A DNA stretch of 64,000 bases from contig NC_057730.1 of the NCBI RefSeq assembly GCF_004010195.1, forward strand, positions 32,552,585-32,616,584. Reading direction: 5' to 3'. This stretch comes from Chiloscyllium plagiosum (lineage: Eukaryota). A program made the position numbers and the translations under genes. The notes beneath the pieces were generated by a model, which saw only the letters and a list, made by a program, of their open reading frames with translations, had not been told where the DNA came from and did no database searches. Below are positions 63,830 to 64,000 of the stretch, in pieces (positions within the stretch are counted from its first letter, which is position 1; each line of letters opens with the position of its first letter).

Positions 63830-64000
63830 GATTATAGAGTCATACAGCATGGAAACAGACCCTTCAGTCCATGCCGACCATAATCCCAAATTAAACTAGT
63901 CTCATGTTCCTGCGCTTGGCCCATATCCCTCCAAATTTTCTTATTCATGTACATGTCTAAATGTCTTTTAAACATTGTAACTGTACCTGCATCCACCACA
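63830..64000 (-). mobile_element. CR1 3' tail
   Basis: ATAGAGTCATACAGCATGGAAACAGACCCTTC..., same as 8050-8200 and 49105-49260. Confidence 0.7.

Overview
Vertebrate nuclear DNA, most likely a shark (inferred from HE1-type SINEs and CR1/HER1 and Penelope-like repeat content). It holds the conserved DCTN5-PALB2-NDUFAB1 block. DCTN5 exons 1-4 lie on the minus strand, head-to-head with a complete 14-coding-exon PALB2 (about 1316 aa) on the plus strand. A complete NDUFAB1 (mitochondrial acyl carrier protein, 155 aa) follows, then the first two exons of an unidentified secreted CUB-domain gene. Introns and intergenic DNA are packed with nested transposons: CR1, L1, Tx1 and Rex1-type LINEs, SINEs, two pogo/Tigger-like MITEs, and a full-length decayed Ty3/Gypsy element with the Gmr1-type integrase-before-RT order. 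The most striking non-coding signal is about 15 minimal hammerhead-ribozyme motifs (CUGANGA-stem II-GAAA-palindromic stem III-NUH) carried by at least four Penelope-like repeat tail types. Several sit in short palindromic non-coding insertions bounded by 8-14 bp target-site duplications. All coordinates were read by eye, and repeat family names are motif-based, not database hits.
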